A stretch of DNA of 64,000 bases from Octopus sinensis. Lineage: Eukaryota. The notes under the pieces were generated by a model. It saw only the letters and a list, made by a program, of their open reading frames with translations, did not search any database and was not told where the DNA came from. Within the stretch, counting starts at the first letter, position 1. The number at the start of each line of letters is the position of its first letter. Shown here one piece after another: positions 40,415 through 52,939 of this stretch. The stretch is from assembly GCF_006345805.1 (NCBI RefSeq), contig NC_043006.1, forward strand, positions 46,872,001 through 46,936,000, in the 5' to 3' direction. The position numbers were made by a program, and so were the translations under genes.

Positions 40415-41253
40415 CGTAATCTAATGAATAAGTATCCGTATTTTTACCATAGCAGTAAAGCTAAAATATGCAGAGTAAATTCGTTTGGCACAGATTAACC
40501 TTGATCTCTGCTGTGCATGTGGACCAAGTTTTAGCGTTCTAGCTCACTTTCAGTATTTACAGCAGTGCTTGGAAGGAAGGTGTGTAGTGTTTGATCGTCG
40601 CTTTGACCATGACAGAGAAATTTGAACAGACAATCTGTATCGAATTTTGACAAAAGCTTGGTAATGTCTGCTCATAGGCCTACGCAAAGCTTTCAGACAG
40701 TTTTCTTCGTTCTCATCAGAATCAAGGAGATCTTGTGCAACTGAAACACGCGTCTCATAGCCAAATTTTTAGTGATAATAGATTTACCTGGATTGTAACT
40801 AATATGCACATCTGATAACTGACGGTTGGTAATTCGACGATTTCCCCACACAGCGGCGTGCACATCTGCGATGTTTTTCCCAAGTTCTTCTGGTTGACTA
40901 TCTCACAGAACGTTCGTCAATATCGACATTTTTCGGCCATCTTCAAAACGTCTGAAATATTCGTACAGTTATGTGCGGCTAATACACTTCTCTCCATACA
41001 CTTTCTGCAACTTTGCGTAGGCCTCTGAGCAGGTATCATCATAGTAACTTTCTCTGTCATGGTTAATGCGCCGACCACACGCTACACACGTTCCTTCTAA
41101 GCATTGCTGTAAACAGCGGAAGTAAGTTAGAACATTAAAACCTAATGCGTATGCACAGCGGAGTTCATGGTCAATTTTTGCCAAGCAGCTTCAATCTGCA
41201 TGGTTTAGATTCGTCACTAGTGCCACAATCCAGATATTATTGATCAGATCACG
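40415..41253. mobile_element. Two inverted mariner 5' ends (foldback-like)
   Basis: The plus arm encodes MTEKFEQTICIEF*QKLG. The minus arm encodes TCSEAYAKLQKVYGEKCISRT...KNLAMRRV (mariner HTH region). Arms align over ~250 bp with substantial divergence. Confidence 0.75.
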
Positions 41254-41439
41254 AATTCGCTGTATTGAATTGTAACAGAATCATAGCTCCACACAAATAT
41301 TTCGAACCCGTAAAATATAATACGAATCTGCAAAAAAACATTCACAGACTTACAATATACTTAAAATCTTACGCCTACGTATTACTCATGTATCCGGGAA
41401 CACACACACGCACACATATGTATAAAGTTCCTCACTTGG

Positions 41440-41960
41440 GTGCACGAACCAACATGGATGATGTTCATGTCTACAGGTTTACTGATGCCTGACGAGTTCG
41501 ATTGAAGACAAAGAGGCACCAGTTTAGAAGCTGCGTGTGTTGCTCGGTTTATCAAGTTCGAGCGTGGTGTCTGTCTTTTTTCCTCCTCCTTTTTGCTTTG
41601 TCTTCAAGACTGGTCCTGTTGATGTCTTCAAACGAATCTGTTGCCTGGAGGTCATTTCCAGCGCCAAAATCCACGCTCAGCAGCAAGAACATCCTTGTGG
41701 TTGTGATGAATATATCAGGCACCGAGGGGATTCTTTGGGAATTTCTTGTACATCTTCTTTGGTGCTACTCTATCACGGTGACCAGAGGAGAGTTCGCCAT
41801 AAAGCGTGGTCTTTGCAAGTCAATGGACATTCTGGTATTACATTATGTCCAGTGTAACTGTGTCTTCAGTAGATGCGCTTCGATGATCTGTGACCTTCGC
41901 CTGCACTAAGAATTCGTCATTAATGGCAAAGTCACCCCAATATTTGCTGACGATGAAGCA
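41440..41960 (-). pseudogene. Degraded RTE-clade LINE 3' fragment
   Basis: Across frameshifts it reads IEAHLLKTQLHW...LYGELSSGHRDRVAPKKMYK...LAAERGFWR, typical of the RTE ORF C-terminus. Confidence 0.7.
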
Positions 41961-42863
41961 AAGCAGTGTTAACCGAATCCCTTAAGGAGTTGTTGGTGTT
42001 GCCCGCCCTGCATCCACTGGGGGTTGGAACACCGTTATAGCTTTCGTTCGAGAGTTATGTAACCAACTATGACATTCATTTAGCAAATAAAACAGCATGT
42101 CCTGCTCTATGAATTACAAGTAAGTCTAGATGAACGAGCAGCTTCTTAATGGTACAAGCAATTGGAAACATTTAACTCTGCAGGAACACTTTTCTTTGAT
42201 ACTTCAAGTGGAACATGAGAAAAATCTTTTAATTAACATAAATCTAGAAGATTGCTCTTAATCTGGCGTCATCAAAGTGGGGTAAAGTCGCTTACATCGA
42301 CCTTAATATTTCCTTGGTAATTGCCTTATTGACTTGACTACTACGACATGCCAGGATGATTTTTTATTTTTGAACTTTAAAAGCGGAATGTATCAAAATG
42401 CTGTCTCAGACACTCTACTGAATCTTCCAATTCACTCCTATATTTAATATCCTATCTGAAAATAAATTTGATTTTAAACCGACGCGATATAACTCAAATG
42501 GACTAGCATTAAAACCAGTCACAAAATGCAGTGTGTTTATGTGTATAAATATGTGGTTGCAGTTGTCATTTAGCGTCCTGTGAGACGCGCATAATCGAGC
42601 GACTAAAAGCGTACACTTCTTTCAGTTTTGACAATCCAATCGTTATTTTGATATTTAGAAATTTGCACCGTTTGCATTTTACTTCCTGTAATAAATCGAG
42701 TGACCTCGTAAAGGCTGCTGGCGTATATATATATATTAATAGTGGAATTGCTTACTCACGAAGACGATGTAACACAGAGGCATTAACGATGATATGACTG
42801 TTCTAATTACATTGTGGTCTCTACTGTATCTCTTAATAGTCTTTTTTCCTCTGTTCGTACCTG

Positions 42864-43630
42864 ATGGAAAAGGAAAAGACAATCATTCCTGGACGTATTA
42901 ATACAACACTCACCAAGTATGGATTCAGGACATCCGTATACCGCAAGCCGACCTTCACTGGACGATACCTAAACTTCAATTTCGACCCTCGATACAGTGT
43001 AAAGAGAGGGAGTGCTCAGTGCCTAAAACATCGTGCAAAGAATATAAGTAGCGATTGTGATACACACCACGCAGAAATGATGAAACTCAATAACTATCTA
43101 TTAAGCAACAACTAACCACATAACATACTATCTACTCCAATTATGAAGAAAAGAGATGAAACCAATAAACTGTCCACAGTCTGTCTACCCTATGTGAAAG
43201 GCTTCTCCCAAAAGATACAAAAAATATGCAGAGCATATGACATCAGGACAGTATTCAAGAGTAATATAACACTTCGCAAATATCTCCTTTGCGTAAAATC
43301 ACCAATAGAAGCGAATATGACCAAAGACTGCGTGTACTCCGTCCCATGCAGCTGTGGTAAGTTATATAAAGGTGAAACACGCTACCACCTCAAAATAAGG
43401 ATAGATGAACATCGCAAAACTGTGATACGAGGAGATATTGATAAATCGGGTATAGGTGTTCATGTATGGTAAAATGGAGACAACCCCCTATGGGATGAAC
43501 TGAAAATAACAGACAGAGAAAATATGAAATGTAAAATAAGCAGCACATATGCTAGGACACAACATCCTCTTAAGCAGACAGTGCAGATATGAATAGCATA
43601 TGGGAACCGGTATTAAGAAAGGATAGGAAA
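42864..43630 (+). pseudogene. Penelope-like element: RT thumb plus GIY-YIG endonuclease remnant
   Basis: TSVYRKPTFTGRYLNF; CLPYVKGFSQKIQKICRAYDIRTVFKS; CVYSVPCSCGKLYKGETR..LKIRIDEH; contains stops. Confidence 0.9.
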
Positions 43631-43677
43631 ATATTAGATTTATAAGCCCTAAAATTCACTCCATAACTAACCACGGA

Positions 43678-43747
43678 TATATGGCGTAATGTTTAATAGC
43701 GCGGGCTACTAACGCCAAGATTCCGAGTTCAATTACATGCAGTGACC

Positions 43748-43748
<1 letters not shown>
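43678..43748 (+). promoter_or_regulatory. tRNA-like Pol III head downstream of the PLE ORF
   Basis: A-box-like TGGCGTAATGTTT, anticodon-loop-like CTACTAA, B-box-like GAGTTCAATTAC; followed by (AAT)n. Confidence 0.55.
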
Positions 43749-43780
<32 letters not shown>

Positions 43781-43827
43781 TCGAACAATATCTTAGGAAT
43801 AAGAACCCAGGTTAAAAATTTCTCCGA

Positions 43828-43873
43828 GACACTTGATGAAGGCTGGAGGGTATATCAGCCGAAACGTTGTGTT
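43828..43873 (+). ncRNA. Minimal type-I hammerhead ribozyme motif (C3 position reads T in this copy)
   Basis: Stem I GACAC/GTGTT; core TTGATGA (43833-43839); extra A; stem II GGCTG/CAGCC; GAAA (43861-43864); palindromic ACGT stem III and GTT cleavage triplet. It lies at a PLE 3' end, where such motifs are known. Confidence 0.65.
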
Positions 43874-46670
43874 AACAACAAACAACATGAGAACAAATAT
43901 CCGTTAAATGTAAATAATGAAAATAACATTCTATAACTATTAATATAAACAAACTATATAACAGGGAAATAACGAAATCTGAACGGAACAGGTTTTCATT
44001 CAATCTTAAAATTTAAAAGCTTTGTAGAATCGTGTATTTACAGCGAAGACATATATTATATCAACGATGACTCATACATTGCAATCCAAAAGATACTGAC
44101 AATATTGGATTTGCCTTCTGTGGTATTCAATGCTTAACAAGTTATCTTTTCTCTAGTATCCGGAATTTTCCCAATATTTACTCGTGTTATACAAAAACGA
44201 ATTTTTCGAAGGTGTTTCGTTTTGAATTTTGAAAAATACTAATGAAAAACCATGTTTGACAACAATAATTCCAACAGATATTTTGCATTCAGAGACCTGA
44301 AATTGAATTGTTTCGCTCTGTCTGTTTAAAACAGACAGGTGAAAAAGTTTCATAACTCTTCTAATTCTTTCAAATTCTTCAGTGTACAGTAAATTTGTGT
44401 ATTTTATAAATGGAACAAAGTTTACTGGAATCAAATTTCATTTTCTAATAATCACAATTTTCCTATGAAATTTAGGGTGTTGTTTCAATTTTAGATATTG
44501 CTAAACACCAATATCTAAAGCTTTATGAAAGATACATGTATGTAAATTTGCAGATTTATTGTATTTCATTACAAACATCAGCGCTCACGCACACACACAC
44601 ACACACACACAAATACATACATAGATTCATGTGAATAAATGTGTTAAATGCAACAGCCTCCGATTATAACATTTCCTATGCTGAATAATTGGAATATTAA
44701 TATTTATGGTACTATTCTTATTTTTATTAACACCGTCATTCCATATCTGGGAAAAGCAAAACGAAACATACGGAAAATAAGCAGAATAAACAAAATTAAT
44801 TGTTATGTTCTTGACATTATGGCGATTGTGGTTTAGATATAATAATTTCCTGGAACAATTGTTTGGAAAATAACTTAGTAACACCAACACATTATGTAGC
44901 AGAAATGTCACCCTCATTACTACAAGTTATTGACATTATACGCAGCCAAATTTTCATGAAAGTGTTAGAATGTATTAGCCGAGATAGCTATCAGAATTAT
45001 GTCAATCTTTGTAATATTATGCTTATTAAGATTTCTTCACATAAAGGAAATTAATATAGATATGGACATTTGACATTTTCATATCTCAATTATTAAAAAT
45101 TTGCTTCTAATAATTAGTTGTGCTTTCTATTTGTAATGCTTCAGTGCTATATCTTGATAGCAATATATTTTATACTACAAATTAAAAAGCTAGAACGAAT
45201 AAAAGTAGTTAAGTGGTTAAGCGCATTAAATAGATGTTACAGTGTTCAAACCCCGATCATGTATTGAGAATAAAAAAGCAAAGGATTGATTTCAAATACA
45301 GAAATTTAACGTGGTAAAAGAAAGTATGTGAGATGTGTTCAATAGTTAGAGACCTATTAAGTGCAGATTTAGAGTCTCTGATAGTAACAGTGCACTTTCT
45401 AAAGCCTTCATATTCATAATAATTGTATTTCCTCATATCGTAGCTAGTAATCAACCTTTAATATAATATATTTCAGTTCATATAATCAGAATTATGCACT
45501 AAATTGTATTAAGTTCTATTCATTGCAGCTATGGCAAAATGATTTTAAACGTTTATGTTCATCATTGAAGAAGCCTAATAGGGGTGTGAAATCTTGCTTT
45601 GCTTTGTGCTCTAAATTCATTAAGGGAATCGAATGGGGAGCGTCCTAATATGTAACGAATATAGAGCATATCACTTAGAGAATAACAGGAAGAGAATAAG
45701 TGGCTCCTATACAGTACTAATAGTTCATTTATTGAAGTCAAAACTATGGAAAATAGATTTGATTACAGAATTGTTTGAGCTCAGAGCATAGAGCCGGAAC
45801 AATTACCGCAATGATGGTCATCTGATACTCGAATGAATTAAATAACTAAAGTAGAAAAGATTGACGATTGCAAACATTTTAAGGTATGAATCGAACTCCG
45901 ACAAGAAAATATTCAACCTAACATTTTATTTAGCATCTTAACACAATTTTACAAGATTAAGTAAATTTTCGTTATTGATTTAAAATACTGAACAGACAAA
46001 AATCTGTATTTTATGAAAAAAAAAAATATAAATTTCTTTCGCAAAAATGTTATGCATAATTAATTAAGAAAATCTTCATTAAGAAAAAAATCAATATTCA
46101 AATATAAATTAAGATTTAGAATTTCCATAGACTATTAATATTTAGTATTTTTCACTGCTTTCCAAGAAATTTGAGTGAAATTCGTCACTCATAAACATTG
46201 CTTTCAAATATGAGATGAATAACAATTTCAAAGTAAATTTGCTTAACAAAAATTGCATCAATATTTGACACCTGAGATTTACAAATTTTACCTCTTATGT
46301 CAGCTCAAATTTATATATTTGTCGTGTTGATATAAGAGCAATTAGAATTTTGGATGTTTTACATATCATCACATGTATAATTTGTAGAAATGAAGAGTGA
46401 GAAATATAAAACGACAACAATACTATGAAAGCTTGATTAGCATGTGAAATAGATGGAACAAGTTTTGTGAAAGCTAAGAATCTGATGGGAAAAGGAAACA
46501 AAGAAAAATAGTATGAGACGTGTAAGAGAAATACGAGCCAGGTATGTGAAACAGAAAAGGAAGATGTACTAAAACATTCTGTAGCTATTGAACTTTAATG
46601 TATCTGCGGTCAAGTGTGGGTAGCATTTACGTTTAGATTTTTGGATATGAATGTAAATAATCGTTATATA

Positions 46671-47107
46671 GGATCTTTTCGGTTTGAACGGCAGTTTTTA
46701 ACATAATTTCTAGGTAACTAAAAAATTTTAAACTTCGTATACTGGTAGAATGTGTTTATAAAACATCTTTTTCTCTTGGCTTTATTGAGAAAATTCTATA
46801 GTTTATAAGATATTTGTTGTTTGTTTTCTTCAATTTCTGCAATTTCAACCAATCAGTGACGTCTATTGAGTTAAAAAGCATTCTGTGCCGTATGAATATG
46901 TCCCTCGTTTAAGAAACAGATTGGGTTTATTTACATTTGTGAAGAAAAAAAAAAGACCCTTCCCCCACCCATAACCCTAACCCTAACCCTAACTAACCCT
47001 AACCTAAAAGAGATTGAAATGAATAGATCGATTCTAGGGTCATAATTATGGGTGACAATTTCATATGACACCGCTAGAAAAAACTACCGTTCAAACCGAA
47101 AAGATCC
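46671..47107 (+). mobile_element. Merlin-like MITE with internal (CCCTAA)n
   Basis: TIRs GGATCTTTTCGGTTTGAACGG; TSD GTTATATA/GTTATATC (7 of 8); telomere-like tract at about 46973-47005. Confidence 0.8.
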
Positions 47108-48129
47108 GTTATATCTTCAATCCATAGGACACTGTGAGTGGAACGTAGATTGTTACTGATGTAAGGATTGCTGTTTACGAATAGAACTAGACGCGAAGAA
47201 CAGTACATTATGATGGATTAGATTGAAGCTTTGAGGTTTAGCAAATCAATTCATCGATAGAAAATGGAATACCAAATGAATGCGAGAGTTGAATGTGTGA
47301 TTAAAGAAGGGTGGAAAGAACTGGAAATTGTGCCAATGTCTTGTACAGAACAAATTTTGAGAAGGTATGTTTTGATGATCTCTGCTTCACAATGTGTGAA
47401 TGACAAAGATCGCTCTGCTATTAATTTTAAGGTCGACGAAGATCTTCGTAGTGGATATTACAAATTGGTTTCAATTTTTTAAGTCTACAAAATAAATGTC
47501 ATTTTAATATTAATCATCCAAAATCACCCTCTGGATAGTTCTTTAAGCCTATTTTACACACTCAAACATATATTAAAAACTGATTATTAGCTACGTTATA
47601 ATGAATTACAAATCGTACGAACATGAAGGCCTGAGAAAGTACGGAGACTCTAAATATGCATTTCTTTTCTTCACAGACGAAATGAAATATAATAAGAAAT
47701 GTGTGTATACTCGTGTGGATTCTTCTCGATTTACATCTATATGTGCTTTGCTAATTATATAAATTCTAGGCATAATAATTTTAATATAGCACAGTGTTTA
47801 GTTCGCTCCCTCTTATATACATTAGCATAATCGAAAAAAATCATATCAGATATACCATAACATTATTGAGAATTATTTTGTTCTTAATTGCCTCATCTAA
47901 CCAGCTAGTTGAAGACATTTTTTTTTTTGTAGGGAGAACCTGTTACGCTGAAGATCAATATATATGAAGCTGGAACAGAAGATGGGAGTGTTTGTTTTTT
48001 ACAGTTTTACTTTATAATACGATTAATGAATTTTGATGAAGACTAAGTAATTATGTCTACCAAATGGAAATACCGCGGGAAAGAAAACTCATAAATTAGT
48101 TCCAATATTTATCATTATTTATTTGAGCA

Positions 48130-48560
48130 AACAAAATTATCTACAAATTTGTGTGAAATGCCATATTTGTACATAGCTATACTTTGGCGATATACAAATA
48201 TCACGGTACAAATGTGGGGTGTACGAAAAATGAGGAACAGTTATGATGCCCGTCTCCATCACATAGTTCGTAAGAAGGATGGAAATGTGGACTGGCGTAT
48301 TGTCTTGATCCAGAATGTCTGGACATTCACGACGAAATCACTTCTCTCAAAAAATCCAGAAATTACTTTTTGTTGACCGTCCAGCCAGAAGAAACGCAGT
48401 ATAAACAGATGATACCCTTGTAGTTGAATTTTCTTGAGATTTCCTGTGGACTTGCTTTATCTGGCTTCCTGTATCAGCGAAAAACATTCTCGACTGATAG
48501 AAGTTAATCCATCAACTGCCTGGAGCATTTCAAATGTTTTCTTTAGCCTAGTTTAGCCCA
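48130..48560 (-). pseudogene. Degraded mariner transposase
   Basis: Minus strand reads DQDNTPVHISILLTNYVMETGIITVPHFSYTPHL, resembling HDNAPAH...TVPHPPYSPDL. Confidence 0.6.
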
Positions 48561-48938
48561 AAATTTTCCTACATTACAAGCATCAAAATTGTCTTCATAT
48601 TCCCATCGCTTTCAGCAAACTAGGGAGCTACGGCAAGTAGGTTTCTGCTACGGTGTGTACAAAGCGCTGTTACCGATGTGTTCTTCAACGTGGAATAACA
48701 ACAGTTGGCAGGTTAGCTTATTGGATGTGTAATAATGATATATTAAAACTACAACAATCCGGGAGAGTTATGTCTTTCCTAAAAAACCTCAAATCGTCTA
48801 GAGTACATGGGTACACACACAAACACACACACACATACATACACACATACACACACACATACGCTCACACACATATATGTACGCATATACGCACATGCAT
48901 AAGTAACTATATGCATATGTATATATATATATATATAT

Positions 48939-49309
48939 ACTCTTTTACTTGTTTGAGTCATTTGACTGTGGTCATACTGGAGCATCGCCTTTAGTCGAGA
49001 AAATCGCTCCCATGACTTATTTTTGTAAGCCTAGTACTTATTCCATCGGCCTCTTTTGCCGAACCGCTAAGCTACAGGGATGTACCAACATCGGTTGTCA
49101 AGCAATGTTGTGGGGATAAACGCAGATACACAAACTGACACATATATATATACATATATATTTTCAGTTTCCGTCTACGAAATCCACTCACTAGGTTTTG
49201 GTCGGCCCGAGGCTATAGTAGAAGACCCTTGCCCAAGGTGCCACGCAGTGGGACTGAACCCGGAACCATGTGGTCGGTAGCAAGCTACTTACCACACAGC
49301 CACTCGTGC
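48939..49309 (-). mobile_element. SINE family 1
   Basis: Reverse-complement match. Confidence 0.88.
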
Positions 49310-49937
49310 ACACACACACACACACACACGTATATATATATCCATCGTAAGATATGGAAAAAACAATATAAATATAACGTATGCTACTTAGAATATTGAT
49401 TACAAGCAGGTTTAATGTTTAAAGAGCATATCTCTCTGGAAAAGATAAAGTAGAAATGTATTTTCTAATAACTATAATAGATTATTTTATAAATATAGCT
49501 TTTGCAAATACTGTTAGAAAATTGGATATGGTGCCCAAGGAAACTGAAGACGGAGATGAAGGGAAAGTGAGAGAGAGGCAGTGAGAATGCAAAAGAGACT
49601 CGAAATTAGAAAGTTAGAATAGTGGAGAGATAAACAGAAAGAAAACAGATGCATATTTTAATAAATCGTAAGTTCATTAATATATATACTATTGAGAAAA
49701 GTGATCAATCTTCATTTAATATGAGCATTAGAAATAAAAACATTATATATTGCAAAGAATAAAATTGTACGTTATTTTGCCGGTAGTATAACAATCTATT
49801 CTTGTTTTCCGTTGATGTAATTTTCTTGATGAATCTTCCATGGAATAAATAAAATAATTACTGACAGACATTCCTTGAAACGGCAGAATCATTTCTCTAT
49901 GTAATCGAAAAAATGATTTATCTTTCTTTGCTACCTG

Positions 49938-49995
49938 TATACATACATACATACATACATACATACATACATACATACATACATACATACATACA

Positions 49996-50031
<36 letters not shown>

Positions 50032-50045
50032 TATATATGTATATA
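49938..50045. repeat. (TACA)n(TA)n microsatellite
   Basis: Direct inspection. Confidence 0.9.
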
Positions 50046-50430
50046 TATTGGTAAAACGGAAAGATAACAAAAGAAAGAAAGAGACCTCAATATTATGTAA
50101 ATAGAGGAAATTTATCTATACAATAATATGTAACCGAAGAGATGTCGTGGATTTCCACTTCGGTATCTGAAACTCATAGTTTTATCTTGACTCTCGAGTA
50201 ATGTGACATATTATTGTATATATATATATATATATGTATATATATTGGTAAAACGGAAAGATAACAAAAGAAAGAAAGAGACCTCAATATTATGTAAATA
50301 GAGGAAATTTATCTATACAATAATATGTAACCGAAGAGATGTCGTGGATTTCCACTTCGGTATCTGAAACTCATAGTTTTATCTTGACTCTCGAGTAATG
50401 TGACATATTATTGTATATATATATATATAT
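50036..50430. repeat. Tandem duplication, 2 x 197 bp
   Basis: ATTGGTAAAACGG at 50047 and 50244; the copies look identical. Confidence 0.9.
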
Positions 50431-50455
50431 ATATCTATATTGTATAGATCTATAT

Positions 50456-52340
50456 TGCAGTTCGTAAAAAGCCCGCCATTTACCGGATATATGATTTATA
50501 AACATTCCATGTGCTTGGCCGGAGTGAGCAGTTGTCTGTTCGTCTCCGCTACGTAAGGTTGGTAGTTTATTTATGATGTATTCAGAATCAGTTCTGCTGA
50601 CGATCATTAGACGCAAGTTGTATGTGAAATCACGGTGATACAGAACATAATTCATTTTTAAATGTCTTGCTTTGAAAAACTGCATTTGGGTATGATTAGT
50701 ATAATTTTTGGTAGTAATGACTTTGTCCCTCCTAGTGTGAGGCATTTATGTGTAATAATGCCCTCTATACAATATAGATATAATTAATTTGTTCAAAAGA
50801 AAAAAATTATTTTCGGATTCTTTTCTTTTATGAGGTTTTCACGCTAGCTACCCGATAATTTCTTGTTAAGATCCTTATTAAGAGATTATCCTTAATTGTT
50901 AAACTTATTCGAAATACTTTTCATTACCCGACATGCAGTTCGTAAAAAGCCCGCCATTTACCGGATATATGATTTATAAACATTCCATGTGCTTGGCCGG
51001 AGTGAGCAGTTGTCTGTTCGTCTCCGCTACGTAAGGTTGGTTGTTTATTTATGATGTATTCAGAATCAGTTCTGCTGACGATCATTAGACGCAAGTTGTA
51101 TGTGAAATCACGGTGATACAGAACATAATTCATTTTTAAATGTCTTGCTTTGAAAAACTGCATTTGGGTATGATTAGTATAATTTTTGGTAGTAATGACT
51201 TTGTCCCTCCTAGTGTGAGGCATTTATGTGTAATAATGCCCTCTATACAATATAGATATAATTAATTTGTTCAAAAGAAAAAAATTATTTTCGGATTCTT
51301 TTCTTTTATGAGGTTTTCACGCTAGCTACCCGATAATTTCTTGTTAAGATCCCTTATTAAGAGATTATCCTAATTGTTAAACTTATTCCGAAATACTTTT
51401 CATTACCGACATGCAGTTCGTAAAAAGCCCGCCATTTACCGGATATATGATTTATAAACATTCCATGTGCTTGGCCGGAGTGAGCAGTTGTCTGTTCGTC
51501 TCCGCTACGTAAGGTTGGTAGTTTATTATGATGTATTCAGAATCAGTTCTGCTGACGATCATTAGACGCAAGTTGTATGTGAAATCACGGTGATACAGAA
51601 CATAATTCATTTTTAAATGTCTTGCTTTGAAAAACTGCATTTGGGTATGATTAGTATAACTTTTGGTAGTAATGACTTTGTCCCTCCTAGTGTGAGGCAT
51701 TTATGTGTAATAATGCCCTCTATACAATATAGATATAATTAATTTGTTCAAAAGAAAAAAATTATTTTCGGATTCTTTTCTTTTATGAGGTTTTCACGCT
51801 AGCTACCCGATAATTTCTTGTTAAGATCCCTTATTAAGAGATTATCCTTAATTGTTAAACTTATCCGAAATACTTTTCATTACCGACATGCAGTTCGTAA
51901 AAAGCCCGCCATTTACCGGATATATGATTTATAAACATTCCATGTGCTTGGCCGGAGTGAGCAGTTGTCTGTTCGTCTCCGCTACGTAAGGTTGGTAGTT
52001 TATTTATGATGTATTCAGAATCAGTTCTGCTGACGATCATTAGACGCAAGTTGTATGTGAAATCACGGTGATACAGAACATAATTCATTTTTAAATGTCT
52101 TGCTTTAAAAAACTGCATTGGGTATGATTAGTATAATTTTTGGTAGTAATGACTTTGTCCCTCCTAGTGTGAGGCATTTATGTGTAATAATGCCCTCTAT
52201 ACAATATAGATATAATTAATTTGTTCAAAAGAAAAAAATTATTTTCGGATTCTTTTCTTTTATGAGGTTTTCACGCTAGCTACCCGATAATTTCTTGTTA
52301 AGATCCCTTATTAAGAGATTATCCTTAATTGTTAAACTTA
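50456..52340. repeat. Tandem array of four ~478 bp units (last slightly truncated)
   Basis: TGCAGTTCGTAAAAAGCCC at 50456, 50934, 51412 and 51889; the units differ mainly by 1 bp indels. Confidence 0.95.
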
Positions 52341-52883
52341 TATATATATATATATATATATAGTTTGGAGGTTTTATACAAAACCTTTCATGTTTGACTC
52401 AATGAAGGCAGAGCAACTTGTGTTGTTTCTAAAGCTTCAACGTTTATGAATAAAATGTAAGATACATTCACACACACACTCACACACACACGCACACACA
52501 CACGCATATATATATGTATAGAAGGTTGTTTATGGTGTAAGATAGGAGGAAAGAAACGCGTTTAGTGAAACGTGATATGGTAGATGATAACCACATATAC
52601 AAGAAGACTAAAGTAACTTGAAATGCTATAGCTCCTTAGTAATTACTAGTGTAACGGAATATGTACGGAAGGACGAAGGGAACTAACTCTGAGGTATGTG
52701 CGAAATATAGATAAAAGATTAGGCACGGAATAGTCCTTAACGATATGATAGGTGTAGATAAGGTAGATGCTATATTCTTGCATCGGCGCCGTGTAATAAA
52801 TTTTGAAGGTTGGTTATGGTTGATTACTTCACACCCAGTTGAATGTAACCGAAGGTGACACAATCAGGATTTCAGAAAATATA

Positions 52884-52884
<1 letters not shown>

Positions 52885-52936
<52 letters not shown>
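52885..52936. repeat. (TCTA)13, left flank of the LINE array
   Basis: Counted directly. Confidence 0.95.
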
Positions 52937-52937
<1 letters not shown>

Positions 52938-52939
52938 AG

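Noticed and set aside
44153-45054. Cluster of short ORFs in unique AT-rich DNA as host exons
   Set aside because: No recognisable domain and weak splice signals; cannot be supported without transcript data.
46973-47005. True telomere or chromosome-fusion scar
   Set aside because: A short tract inside a TIR-bounded MITE that recurs three times in the window.
50371-52118. Repeated ORF MPHTRRDKVITTKNY... as a tandem gene family
   Set aside because: No recognisable domain, and the frame breaks differently in each unit through indels; a by-product of the tandem array.
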